Below are positions 1 to 12,057 of a stretch of 64,000 nt of DNA, piece after piece. A program made the translations under genes and the position numbers. The first letter of the stretch is position 1. Every line of letters starts with the position of its first letter. The notes under the pieces are model-generated. The model saw nothing but the letters and a program-made list of their open reading frames with translations, ran no database searches and was not told where the DNA came from. Location: contig NC_043010.1 of assembly GCF_006345805.1 (NCBI RefSeq), positions 13,392,001 through 13,456,000 of the forward strand. The letters run 5' to 3'. Source of the stretch: Octopus sinensis. Taxonomy: Eukaryota.

Positions 1-868
1 ATCTATCTATCTCTCTCTCTCTCTCTTTTGTCAAACCCTTGTCAACTGTATCATCATTTACTATCCTGCTGATTTCCCCTTCCCGCACACTCTTCTGCCT
101 CTCTCATTCTTACCCAACTCTTGACTCATTGATTCCACCCCAAAAACCCTACCCAATTTTTACAGAAACAGGCTGCTTCTCATCCTCTCTTCTCCTGCTC
201 CTCATACAATCTTGCAACCTCATTCACCTCACTGCTGTTCCCCTCATGCCTTGAGGGGCCAACTGGACATTTCATCTCCACTATCTCTTCATAGCTCCTA
301 CTACTCCAAAAGACCATTCCCTCTCTCCCTTCCTACCTTATTAAATGAGAGTAGCCATGCAGCTCTTCTACAAGAACCTTCTCTATCACTCCCCCACATT
401 TCTCACACACTTTAACCTTTCACCTCTTGCATAAAGCCTACCCCAACATCCCTTGAAGTTCATAGTCTTGCAAGCTGTGTGGTAACCTCAATTAGTGCTA
501 GTGACATGTAAAAAAGTACCCAGTACATACGGTAAAGTGGTTGGTGTTAGGATGGGCATCTGCTGAAGAAACCATACCAAAACAGATACTGGACTACAAC
601 ACAGTTGTGGATGCACCACATCCTGCTAAACCATCGATTCCTTGCCAGTATGGAATATGAAAGTTAAATTATGATGATGATGACAAGGAGCATAAAGATG
701 GCCTTATTTCAGTTTCTGTCAACTAAATCCACTTATAAGGATTTGGTTGGCCCAGAGCTATAAAAGGAGGTATTTGTCCAAGGTACCACACAGTGGGACT
801 GAACCTAGAACCATACGGCTGGGAAGCAAACTTCTTAACTGCACAGCCATGCCATATGTATAATAGAA

Positions 869-1033
869 TCAAAGCAATTTAGATGCTGCCCCACCTGGTA
901 TTTCTTCATAATGTCTGTTGATTGTGTTCCCTCTAAATTGATGGTCTCTTTTCAATGTTGATGGTGTGGTTATATTTTGACTCTCTTCAACTCCCTTTTC
1001 TTCTCGTATGACTTCAACTTGTGGAATGAAGGC
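869..1033 (-). CDS. Candidate downstream cytoplasmic exon of the protocadherin: AFIPQVEVIREEKGVEESQNITTPSTLKRDHQFRGNTINRHYEEIPGGAASKLL*
   Basis: The acceptor is ttgatattttatag|GCC. The frame is open for 54 codons in phase 0, matching the upstream donor, in non-repetitive sequence with hydrophilic tail-like composition. An internal CAG|GTGGGG (895/894) could instead make it an internal exon. Confidence 0.6.
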   Translation of the reverse strand, partial: AFIPQVEVIREEKGVEESQNITTPSTLKRDHQFRGNTINRHYEEIPGGAASKLL

Positions 1034-1444
1034 CTATAAAATATCAACCATCATTTATTATTAGTATTTGTATTTCAATCCTGATATAAACTGAAATTAA
1101 TTCTTGAAATTTTAAAAACCAATAACACAATATTTTGCACCATTTTTTTTTTTTTTTTTCTTAAAAGAATGTCCCAGAAAATCCCAGCCTGTGTCTTATA
1201 AATTCCATCATTTATGATGACGAGTGTTTGAGTTGATCCAATCAATGGAACAGCATTCTTGTAAAATTAACATACGAGTGGCTGAGCACTCCACAGACAA
1301 GTGTACCCTTAACAGCACTAGTGTAGCTTAGAATGTGTGCTGCCAGGGCAGCCCTTCATGCCTTTCAGCATCGATGAAATAAATACCAGCTGAGCACTGG
1401 GGTCAATATATATTTCTTTACTACCCACAAGGGGCTAAACATAG

Positions 1445-1572
1445 ATATACACACACACACAAACGTACATACATATATATACATACATGCATACATATAT
1501 ATATAAATATAATATATTTATATACATACATACATACATACATATATGTGTATGTATATTATGTATATTTTA

Positions 1573-1604
<32 letters not shown>

Positions 1605-1641
1605 CACACCACACACATATATATTTGTATATAATATAATA

Positions 1642-1694
<53 letters not shown>

Positions 1695-1842
1695 TACATA
1701 CGTACATATATATATGTCTATATGTATATATAAATATATGTATATATATATATATATATATGTGTGTATATATACGAGTGTATATATATATGTGTGTATA
1801 TATATATGTGTGTGTGGTATATATATATATATATATATATAC
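1445..1842. repeat. (TA)n/(CA)n compound microsatellite
   Basis: Direct reading. Confidence 0.95.
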
Positions 1843-2453
1843 ATTTATCAGTCCTGTACTCAGTGAATCTTCCCATGCCACTGGCTTTGTTCTATATATG
1901 AGATGCCATGATATCATTAACTCTATCAGTAGATGAGATGACTAACATGACACCAATAATGCTGGCTTTACTTAGAAGATGAAATGATGGCTTTGTTCAC
2001 TAGATACCATGATATCATTGCTTTACTAAATATACGACATGATATCACAGCCTTCATTCAAATAAATGACATAACATCAGTGGTTTTTATTTAATAGATG
2101 ATATAGTGTTTAGTGGTAGAGCTCAAATACATCAGCTGTAAAAAGACGCAGTATAAGTTTAAATAAATAAATAAAGAAGAAAATAATTAGAAAAACTAGC
2201 AGGAAAATCCTTACCTTACTTGTAGGATAAATATATTACGCATATACTCTCTCTCTTTTACTCTTTTATTAGTTTCAGTCATTTGACTGCGGCCATGCTG
2301 GAGCACCGCCTTTAATCGAGCAACTCGACCCCGGGACTTATTCTTTTCTAAGCCCAGTACTTATTCTATCGGTCTCTTTTGCCGAACCGCTAAGTGACGG
2401 GGACATAAACACACCAGCATCGGTTGTCAAGCAATGCTGGGGAACAAACATAG

Positions 2454-2502
<49 letters not shown>

Positions 2503-2526
2503 CATACAACGGGCTTCTTTCAGTTT

Positions 2527-2860
2527 CATGGCTCAGTGGTTAGAGCGTCGAGCTTACGATCGTGAAGTTGTGAGCTCGAATCCCGGACGGGGCTGCGTGT
2601 TGTGTTCTTGAGCAAGGCACTTTATTTCACGTTGCTCCAGTTCACTCAGCTGTAGAAATGAGTTGCGACGTCACAGGTGCCAAGCTGTATCGGCCCCTTT
2701 GCCTTTCCCTTGGACAACATCGGTGACGTGAAGAGGGGAGGCTGGTATGCATGGGCGACTGCTGGTCTTCCATAAAACAACCTTGCCCAGACTTGTGCCT
2801 CAGAGGGTATCTCTCTAGGTGCAAACCCATGGTCAGTGCCTGACCGAAGGGGGTCTTTTT
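2527..2860 (+). mobile_element. SINE family D; a minus copy at about 29280-29860 is split by SINE B
   Basis: The head is catggctcagtggttagagc...gctcgaatccc and the core is tgtgttcttgagcaaggcactttatttcacgttgctccag. Confidence 0.8.
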
Positions 2861-2892
2861 TTTTTATATATATATATATATGCATGTGTATG

Positions 2893-3750
2893 AACTACCA
2901 TGCTTCATGCCAGGGAAACATAGGCCATGAATACTGAGGACATGCATGTGTAGGCTTGAAAGAAATGAAGCAAGCATGATCTGCTGGATGTTTAATGTCA
3001 GTGTGTATATACGACAGAGTGTAAGTGCCCTGAGAGAAAGGTTGGGCATAAGAAGCATCAAATGTGGTGTGCAAGAGAGGTGGCTGCTCTGGTATGGTCA
3101 TGTGTTACATATGGATGAGGACAGCTGTGTGACAAAGTGCCACTCCCCAACTGTGGAAGGAACCTGTAGAAGAATTAGACCCAGGAAGACATGGGATGAG
3201 GTGGTGAAGCTTGACCTTCGAACATTGGGCATCAGAGAGGCAATGATAGGAGACCAGGGCCTTTGGAGATATGCTGTGATTGAGAAGACCTGGCAACTAA
3301 AGTGAGATCACAGCCACACACATCCAGCCCTGTTAAGAATACTCCTGATGCGTCAGGCAATATGATATGCTTGAGAAGACCTGTTGAGTCAAGTAAAACC
3401 AATATCGTAGCTGGAGCCAGTGCTCCTTGACTGGCTCCTGTGCTGATGGCATGTAAAAAGCACAATCCGAATGTGGTCAATGCCAGGTCTGCCTCACTGG
3501 CTCCGGTGCCGGTGGCACATAAAAAGCACCATCCAAACCTGATCGTTGCCAGGCCCACCTTATTGGCTCCTCTGTCGGTGGCTCATAAAAAGCACCCACT
3601 ACACTTTCAGAGTGGTTGGCATTCGGAAAGGCTGTAGAAACTCTGCCAGACCAGATTGGAGTCTGGTACAACCACTGGCTCTCCAGACCTCAGTCAAACC
3701 GTCCAACCCAAGCCAGCATGGAAAACAGACATTAATCAATGATGATGATT
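2893..3750 (+). mobile_element. Older RTE 3' fragment
   Basis: The translation RLERNEASMICWM...WYGHV...RPRKTW matches the 34-35 kb element. It has a 3' UTR with about 70-bp repeats and a (GAT)n tail. Confidence 0.85.
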
Positions 3751-3751
3751 A

Positions 3752-3818
3752 TGTATGTATGTATGTATGTGTGTGTGTGTGTATGTATATATATATATAT
3801 ATATATATATACACAAAC

Positions 3819-3849
<31 letters not shown>

Positions 3850-3850
3850 C

Positions 3851-3891
<41 letters not shown>

Positions 3892-3893
3892 TT

Positions 3894-3927
<34 letters not shown>

Positions 3928-3937
3928 TTTAGATATT

Positions 3938-3992
<55 letters not shown>

Positions 3993-4029
3993 GTAGATAG
4001 ATAGGTAGATAGATAGGTAGATAGATAGG

Positions 4030-4072
<43 letters not shown>

Positions 4073-4081
4073 GTAGATAGG

Positions 4082-4112
<31 letters not shown>

Positions 4113-4203
4113 GTAGATAGATAGGTAGATAGGTAGATAGATAGATAGATAGATAGGTAGATAGATAGGTAGATAGATAGGTAGATAGGTAGGTAGATGA
4201 TAG
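3752..4203. repeat. Compound microsatellite ending in a (GATA)n/(GGTA) tract of about 350 bp
   Basis: Direct reading. Confidence 0.95.
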
Positions 4204-4434
4204 ATAAGAAACAATGGATAGGTGTCAATTCATTACACCTGTTTCCAATGAATTTTTTAATTGATTAATGAGTATGTAACATCATTATAAAAAATCATTT
4301 TCTTCAGGTGAGTACATGAACCACAATATTAGGAACATTTAAAAACATTTAAAATCCACAATGATATGTGCATTGTTTTGCGATTCCAAGAACTTTGCTG
4401 GTCATAAATACATTTATACTTATATATATATATG

Positions 4435-4477
<43 letters not shown>

Positions 4478-5409
4478 TACTCTTTTACTTGTTGCAGTCA
4501 TTTGACTGCAGCCATGCTGGAGCACCACCTTTAGTCGAGCAAATCGACCCTGGGACTTATTCTTTGTAAGCCCAGTACTTATTCTATCGGTCTCTTTTGC
4601 CAAACCGCTAGGTGACGGGGACGTAAACACACCAGCATCGGTTGTCGAGCAATGCTAGGGGGACAAATACAGACACACAAACACACACACACATACATAT
4701 ATATATACATATATACGACAGGCTTCTTTCAGTTTCCGTCTACCAAATCCACTCACAAGGCATTGGTCGGCCCGAGGCTATAGCAGAAGACACTTGCCCA
4801 AGATGCTACGCAGTGGGACTGAACCCGGAACCATGTCGTTGGTAAGCAAGCTACTTACCACACAGCCACTCCTGCGCCTATTAGTCACATAGAAGTACCT
4901 GTGTGGTGCCATGTCAAAGTGCCAATGTTGTGCCACAATGTACCCATGCATGGTCACATAAAAGTGCCTGTGCACGCACCATGTAAAAGCATCCATGTAG
5001 TGTCACATAAAAGCATGTGTATATGCCATATAAAACCACCCGGCACACTCTGTAATGTGGTTGGCATTAGGAAGGACATCCAGCCATAGAAAAAAATTGT
5101 CAAATCAGAGTGGACTCTGGTGCAGCTTCCCAGCTTATCAGCTCCAGTCAAACCATTTGACTAATGCCAGCATGGACAATGGACACTAAATGATGATGAT
5201 GATGATGATGATATATTATATAGGTGCAGGAGTGGCTGTGTGGTAAGTAGCTTGCTTACCAGCCACATGGTTCCGGGTTCATTCCCACTGCGTGGAAACT
5301 TGGGCAAGTATCTTCTACTGTAGCCTCGGGCCAACCAAAGCCTTGTGAGTGGATTCGGTAGACAGAAACTGAAGGAAGTCCGTCATATATATATATATAT
5401 ATATATATA

Positions 5410-5477
5410 CTTTATTTTAAGCAGCAGAAAATTCAACAAATCAGATTTTGTTGAATTTTCTGCTGCTTAAAATAAAG
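5410..5477. other. Perfect hairpin, 31-bp arms, 6-nt loop
   Basis: ctttattttaagcagcagaaaattcaacaaa / tttgttgaattttctgctgcttaaaataaag. Confidence 0.9.
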
Positions 5478-5807
5478 CATATTACTCTACCACTGGTATT
5501 TGAGTACTCTTTTTTCCACCTTGTTTCACATTTATGTGTTTACTCCGGTATATATATATATATATATATGTATGCGTGTGTGTCTGTATTTGTCCCCTCC
5601 AACATCACTTGACAACCAATGGTGGTGCGTTTACGTCCCCGTAATTTTGTGATTTGGCAAAAGAGACCGATAGAATAAGTACTGGGCTTACAAAGAATAA
5701 CTCCTTGAGTCGATTTACTCAACTAAAGGCAGTGCTCCAGCATGGCTGCAGTCAAATGACTGAAACAAGTAAAAGAGTGTGTGTGTGTGTGTGTGTGTAT
5801 GTGTGTA

Positions 5808-6240
5808 TAGGCTTGTTAAAGAAGGCAACAAACATTAAGGCAAGGCAAACATCTTAAGTCGTATACAATGTTATAATTGGAAAAAGTTCAAAGTCTTACA
5901 GCTGTTTCTGGGATATCCCCGAGTATGGGATATTCCATCATCAGAGACAAATAGAGTTAAAATAGGGAAAATGAGAATGGTATATATTAATGAGATGATG
6001 ACATAGAGGAAGGAAGAGAGTAAAGGAATAAGGAGATGAAGAGAGAGAAGAAAAAAGAAGCATAAAAGTTCATAGTTCAACTTTACAATGTTGTAGAAAC
6101 AAGAGCATAAGTCCTTAGGTTCAATCCTGCATAGATCCATGTGGGTCAAAATCTTGATATAGTAAACATCCAGAGAAAAAAGATGTGAACATATCAATAT
6201 TCAATAACAGAATCCGTCACAGCACTTACCTAGCATACTT
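5808..6240 (-). mobile_element. Short TA-flanked non-coding element carrying the hammerhead (Penelope terminal-repeat-like or retrozyme-like)
   Basis: About 430 bp between TA/TG microsatellites, containing the hammerhead motif and no convincing ORF. Boundaries are approximate. Confidence 0.45.
5893..5948 (-). ncRNA. Type I hammerhead ribozyme motif, core intact
   Basis: The minus strand reads GTCT-CTGATGA-TGGAATATCCC(ATACTCG)GGGATATCCCA-GAA-AC(AGCT)GT-A-AGAC. Helix I is 4 bp, helix II is 10 of 11 bp, helix III has a palindromic loop, and the triplet is GUA. Confidence 0.8.
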
Positions 6241-6452
6241 TATATATATACTCTTTTTACTTGTTTCAGTCATTTGACGGCGGCCATGCTGGAGCACCGC
6301 CTTAATCGAGCAACTCGACCCCGGGACTTATTCTTTTGTAAGCCCAGTACTTATTCTATCGGTCTCTTTTGCCGAACCGCTAAGTAACGAGGACATGAAC
6401 ACACCAGCATCGGTTGTCAAGCAATGCTAGGGGGACAAACACAGACACACAA

Positions 6453-6487
<35 letters not shown>

Positions 6488-6658
6488 CATATATACGACT
6501 GGCTTCTTTCAGTTTCCGTCTACCAAATCCACTCACAAGGCTTTGGTCGGCCCAAGGCTATAGTAGAAGACACTTGCCTAAGGTGACATGAAGTGGGACT
6601 GAACCCGGAACCATGTGGTTGGTAAACAAGCCACTTACCACACAGCCACTCCTGCGCC

Positions 6659-6705
<47 letters not shown>

Positions 6706-6810
6706 TAAAATGAGGATGAGAAATTAGATATTAATTTAATTAACATCGATTTCACACCAGTGGTCTAGCATATAAAAAAACTGAAGGTTCAGTAAAATTG
6801 TATTATATAC

Positions 6811-6983
6811 ATATTAGAGGGAAACCCTTATGTGGACACCCTTATGCTAGAAATAGATCCGCTATGCTCTTACCACTAAGAAATGTTCTCAAGAAAAATT
6901 TATGAGAACATTTCTCAGTGGTAAGACCATAGCGGACCTATTTCTAGCATAAGGGTGTCCACATAGTGGTTTTCCTCTAATAT
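6811..6983. other. Foldback inverted repeat, 81-bp arms, 11-nt loop
   Basis: Arms 6811-6891 and 6903-6983 differ at 6 positions. Confidence 0.9.
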
Positions 6984-6984
6984 G

Positions 6985-7340
6985 TCATCATCATCATCGT
7001 TTAACGTCTGTTGTCCATGCTAGCATGGGTTGGACGGTTCGACCGGGGATCTGGGAAGCCAGAAGGCTGCAAAGGCTCCAGTCTGATCTGGCAGTGTTTC
7101 TACAGCTGGATGCCCTTCCTAACGCCAACCACTCCATGAGTGTAGTGGGTGCTTTTTACGTGCCACCTGCACAGGTGCCAGGCGAGGCTGGCAATGGCCA
7201 CGATCGGTTTGTGCATTTTACGTGCCACCAACATGGAAGCCAGTCGAGGTGGCACTGGCATCAGCCACGATTTGGATGGTGCTTTTTATGTGCCATCGAC
7301 ACGGAAGCCAGTCAAGGCGGTGCTGGCATCGGCCACGATT
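6985..7340 (-). mobile_element. RTE 3' UTR-only copy; similar tails at about 450-683, 4880-5213, 30170-30540, 32755-32855, 37725-37830, 40725-40970, 50595-50900, 62690-62835
   Basis: The copies share taaaaagcacccactacact...gtggttggcgttaggaagggcatccagctgtagaaac...catgctagcatgga...aaatgatgatgat. Confidence 0.8.
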
Positions 7341-7365
7341 CGGATAGCACTTTTTACAGATATAT

Positions 7366-7423
<58 letters not shown>

Positions 7424-8173
7424 CCCCATACTTATATATATATATATATGGTTCATACACAGAATATGGCTGATATATGTATAATAAAATGGTACATACA
7501 TTGGTGGACATATGGTATGTAAGTGCATTATTTATACTTGGGACATAGTTTACATACAGCTTATGGCTAGCACATATATAAGACTTATATATGGTATACT
7601 GATTGATAAATGGTATCTGGGTAATATATAGAATCAGTCTGACAATACAATACTGTGGTTGGCTCTAGAACACAACTGTTGTAAAATGTGTGACACATAA
7701 AGCATGAAGAACATAGAGTGCACACGGTGAAATGCTGAACATGTTTGATATAAAGAAAATACGTTTGATATATAGATCAACATATTTGGTACATAGAACA
7801 TTTGTCTGATATACAGAACACGGCGAGCTGGCAGAAACGTTAGCATGCCGGGTGAAATACTTAGCGGTATTTTGTCTGTTTTTGCATTCTGAGTTCAAAT
7901 TCCGTCATGGTCGACTTTGTCTTTCATCCTTTCAGGGTCAATAAATTAAGTACCAGTTACGCACTGGGGCTGATGTAATCAACTTAATCCCTTTGTCTGT
8001 CCTTGTTTGTCCTCTCTGTGTTTAGCTCCTTGTAGGTAGTAAAGAAATAGGTATTTCGTCTTATATACAGAACATTTGTCTAACATACAGTTCTATATTT
8101 AAGAGATGAGGAATTATGCACATTATTTACATTATTTACATTTGAAGGATATTTGTCCTCATCTTGTTTGTTC

Positions 8174-8218
8174 TTAACACGTTTCAGCTGATATACTCTC
8201 CAGCCTTCATCAGGTGTC
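8174..8218 (-). pseudogene. Decayed hammerhead in an inverted copy of the family H element (about 8095-8240)
   Basis: The sequence matches the 8815-8950 copy and CTGATGA is intact, but a small deletion after GAAACGT removes the cleavage triplet and the helix I 3' strand. Confidence 0.55.
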
Positions 8219-8852
8219 TTGGGGAAATTTCAAACCTGGCATAGTGGCTAAGAGCACGGGCTACTAACCCTACGATTCCAAGTTCGATTCCAGGCAGTGA
8301 TCTGAATAGCAATAATAATATAAGTGTAGGAGTGGCTGTGTGGTAAGTAGCTTGCCTACCAGCCACATGGTTCTGAGTTCAGTCCTACTGCATAGCACCT
8401 TGGGCAAGTGTCTTCTACTATAGCCTCAGGCCAACCAAAGCCTTGTGAGTGGATTTGGTAGACGGAAACTAAAAGAAGCCCGTCATATATATGTATGTGT
8501 ATGTATATATATATGTGTGTGTGTGTGTGTGTGGTGTGTGTGTGTGGTGTGTGTGTGTGTGCGCATTTGTGTTTGTATGTTTGTGTGTCTGTGTTTGTCC
8601 CCCCCTCCAACATCGCTTGACAACCAATGCTGGTGTGTTTACATCCCCATAACTTAGTGGTTCAGCAAAAGAGACTGATAGAATAAGCACTAGGCTTACA
8701 AAGAATAAGTCCTGGGGTTGATCTGCTCGACTAAAGGTGGTGCTCCAGCATGGCCACGGTCAAATGACTGAAACAAGTAAAAAAGTAAAGAGTATAGTAA
8801 CAACATTGAAAAATACCTTAGGAATGAGAACCCAGGTTCGAAATTTCCCCAA

Positions 8853-8898
8853 GACACCTGATGATGGCTGGAGGGTATATCAGCCGAAACGTTGTGTT
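8853..8898 (+). ncRNA. Minimal type I hammerhead motif (family H element)
   Basis: GACAC-CTGATGA-T-GGCTG(10 nt)CAGCC-GAA-ACGT-T-GTGTT. Helix III is reduced to the palindrome ACGT and the triplet is GUU. Confidence 0.6.
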
Positions 8899-9979
8899 AA
8901 CAACAAACAAGATGAGACAAATATCCATCAAATGTAAATAATGTAAATAATTTGTCTAACATAGAATATTTGTCTCAAATACAGAGCATATGTCTGACTT
9001 GTATGTTTGACAGACATCTGATATACAGAACAAGTGTTTTATATATGTAACAAGTACCTGAAATATGGAGTATATCTGACATGCTTTAATGATGATGAAT
9101 TGGTGGTTTTATATTCTGGGATTGTAGGGAGGCGGTGAGCTGGCAGAAGCGTTAGCACGCCGGGCGAAATGCTTAGCGGTATTTCGTCTGTTGTTACATT
9201 CTGAGTTCAAATTCCGCCGAGGTCAACTTTGCCTTTCATCCTCTCGGGGTCGATAAATAAAGTACCAGTTTCGCACTGGGTCGATGTAATCGACTTAATC
9301 CCTTTGTCCGTCCTTGTTTGTCCCCTCTATGCCCCTTGTGGGCAATAAAGAAATATATATTCTAGGATTGTAGGGCGGTGAGCAGGCAGAAACTTTAGCA
9401 CCCTGTACAAAGTGCTTAGCAGTATTCCGCCTGCCGCTATGTTCTGAGTTCAAATTCTGCTGAGGTCGACTTTGCCTTTCATTTTTTCGGGGTCAATAAT
9501 TTAAGTACCAGTTGTGTACTGGCTCAATCAAATCAACTGGGCCCCTCCCCCCAAATTACAAGCCTTGTGCCTATTGTAGAAATGGTTATATATTGGGATT
9601 ATGGTGGTGATGGTGATGGTGATGATGGTTGTGGCGTACACTTCAGTAAAGGTGGTGGTGATAGAGGTGAGGTTTATACTTTAGCAATATTATTGTCTGA
9701 GGTGGTTGTGGTTGAAGTTGTTTAACCCTAGTCAAGCTCTGGTGGAGCAGGCCTATGATCAAAGCAAGGTATTCCATTCATGATTAGCCTATCTTCTCTC
9801 AAGCACATGTTTATCTAGGAATATCATCCAATGTGTTCAGCTCTCTCTCTCTCTATTTCTCTATCTCTCTCTCCCTCACTCTCTCTTTCTCTCTCTTTTC
9901 CAAGACAATTGCTTGTAGGGTGTCATTTGGGGGCGTTTTGGCTACTATTTCTATGCACCAGTTATAGTGATGGTATAGT

Positions 9980-10362
9980 GATGAAATGCTTAGCGGTATT
10001 TCGTCTGCCGTTACGTTCTGAGTTCAAATTCCAGCGAGGTCAACTTTGCCTTTCATCCTTTCGGGGTTGATTAAACAAGTACCAGTTGCACACTGGGGTC
10101 GATATAATCGACTTAATCCTTTTGTCTGTCCTTGTTTGTCCTCTCTGCGTTTAGCCCCTTGTGGGTAGCAAAGAAATAGGTATTTCCTTTGCTGCTATGT
10201 TCTGAGTTCAAATTACGCCGAGGTCGACTTTGCCTTTCATCCTTTCGGGGTCGATTAAATAAGTACCAGTTGCGCACTGGGGTCGATATAATCAACTTAA
10301 TCCGTTTGTCTGTCCTTGTTTGTCCTCTCTGTGTTTAGCCCCTTGTGGGTAGTAAACAAATA
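9980..10362 (+). repeat. SINE B tandem dimer
   Basis: Two units are joined at aagaaataggtatttc. Confidence 0.8.
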
Positions 10363-10860
10363 GGTATACATGTGTGTGTGTGTGTACAAGTATGTGTTAT
10401 GCATTAGTGATAATGTTCTAAGTAGTCAATGTTATACTTTAATGGTATTAGTGGTGGCTGTGATGGTGATGGTAGTGGTGGGGGAAAGGTATGTTTATAG
10501 GTTAGTAGTGATGCTAATTGTGGTGGTGGTGGTGGTGGTGGTGATGTTAATCATAGAGGTGGTGGTATACATGTAGTATAACGTCGGAAATATTTTAGTT
10601 TTTATTGATGAAGGAGATCCTGTATAGTTTTAGGATGCAAATGTTGGTGTTCATGATGGTGGTATTGTTGTTGTTGTTGGTGGTGGTGGTGGTGGTGGTG
10701 GTGGTGGTGGTGGTGGTACTGCTGCTGTTGCTGCTGGGATGATGGTTGCAGTTGAACTAACTAAACAAATGAAATTATTTAGGATGTCATTCATACAAAA
10801 AACATTTATTGAATGAAACAAAAAACAAGAAGAAACGAAAAAAAAACAAAAAAACAAGAC

Positions 10861-10904
<44 letters not shown>

Positions 10905-11214
10905 TCAGTTTCTTTTGGAATTTTTTTTTTGTTTTTCATCAAACATTTATTCAAACATTCATTCAAGTTATTTCATCAGTCAAAAAAAAGTAACAAAATA
11001 AATAAATAAATAAAAAGCCTTCAATTAAGCATTCAACTGGCCACCATTCATCGAATCCAACGTTTATTTAGTCAAATCTTTTGAGTCAAACATTCATTCA
11101 GTCAACTTTTCAATCATACAATCAGTTAAATGTTCATTCATTAGTCACTTAAATCGCTGTTGTTTTTGTTCTTTAATATGACTGATGTATTTGATTATTT
11201 CTTGCCAAAACCCC

Positions 11215-11574
11215 CACCATACACACACACACACACACACATGCACGCACATACACATGCACGCACATACATATGCACGCGCATACACACTGTCAGCAAA
11301 AACACGCACCTACCCTTACGTGTGCATTCTTTTGCTCTTATGCACAGACACAGATATTGCAGCAACTCACACATGCACAAATACACATATACACACATAA
11401 CATACATACATACATGCACACACACACACACATACATACATGCACACACACACACACACATACATACATGCACACACACACAAACACACACACATACATA
11501 CATGCACACACACACACACACAAACACACACACATACATACATGCACACACACACACATACACACATACATACA

Positions 11575-11610
<36 letters not shown>

Positions 11611-11822
11611 ATACGCCTTGCATTGCATCTTTCCGTACATTAGATATTCATTCACAAACACAAGCTTTATAGTACATGCATACACTTACACACACACATG
11701 CACACACGTGCACACACACACACCACACACACACGCACCAAAGGCAAATGCAAAACTCCGCCATCAATTCTACCAAATACTACCACCTACTATTCCACTT
11801 GTCTACACGCATACACACGCAT

Positions 11823-11853
<31 letters not shown>

Positions 11854-12016
11854 ACACACACACACACATGCATGTGCTTCATAAATGAAAATTTACTATT
11901 GCACTTACACACATGTAAACACACAGACACACACACATGCACGCAAGCACACATACATTCTTGTTCAGCCACCATAACCTGTATTCAACTCGCACGCTCC
12001 TGCTAAACGTACACGT

Positions 12017-12057
<41 letters not shown>

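Noticed and set aside
39-430. Short ORFs in CT-rich sequence at the window start, and GA-rich stretches at 52250-53700
   Set aside because: No recognisable domain; these are possibly decayed retroelement DNA but cannot be assigned by eye.
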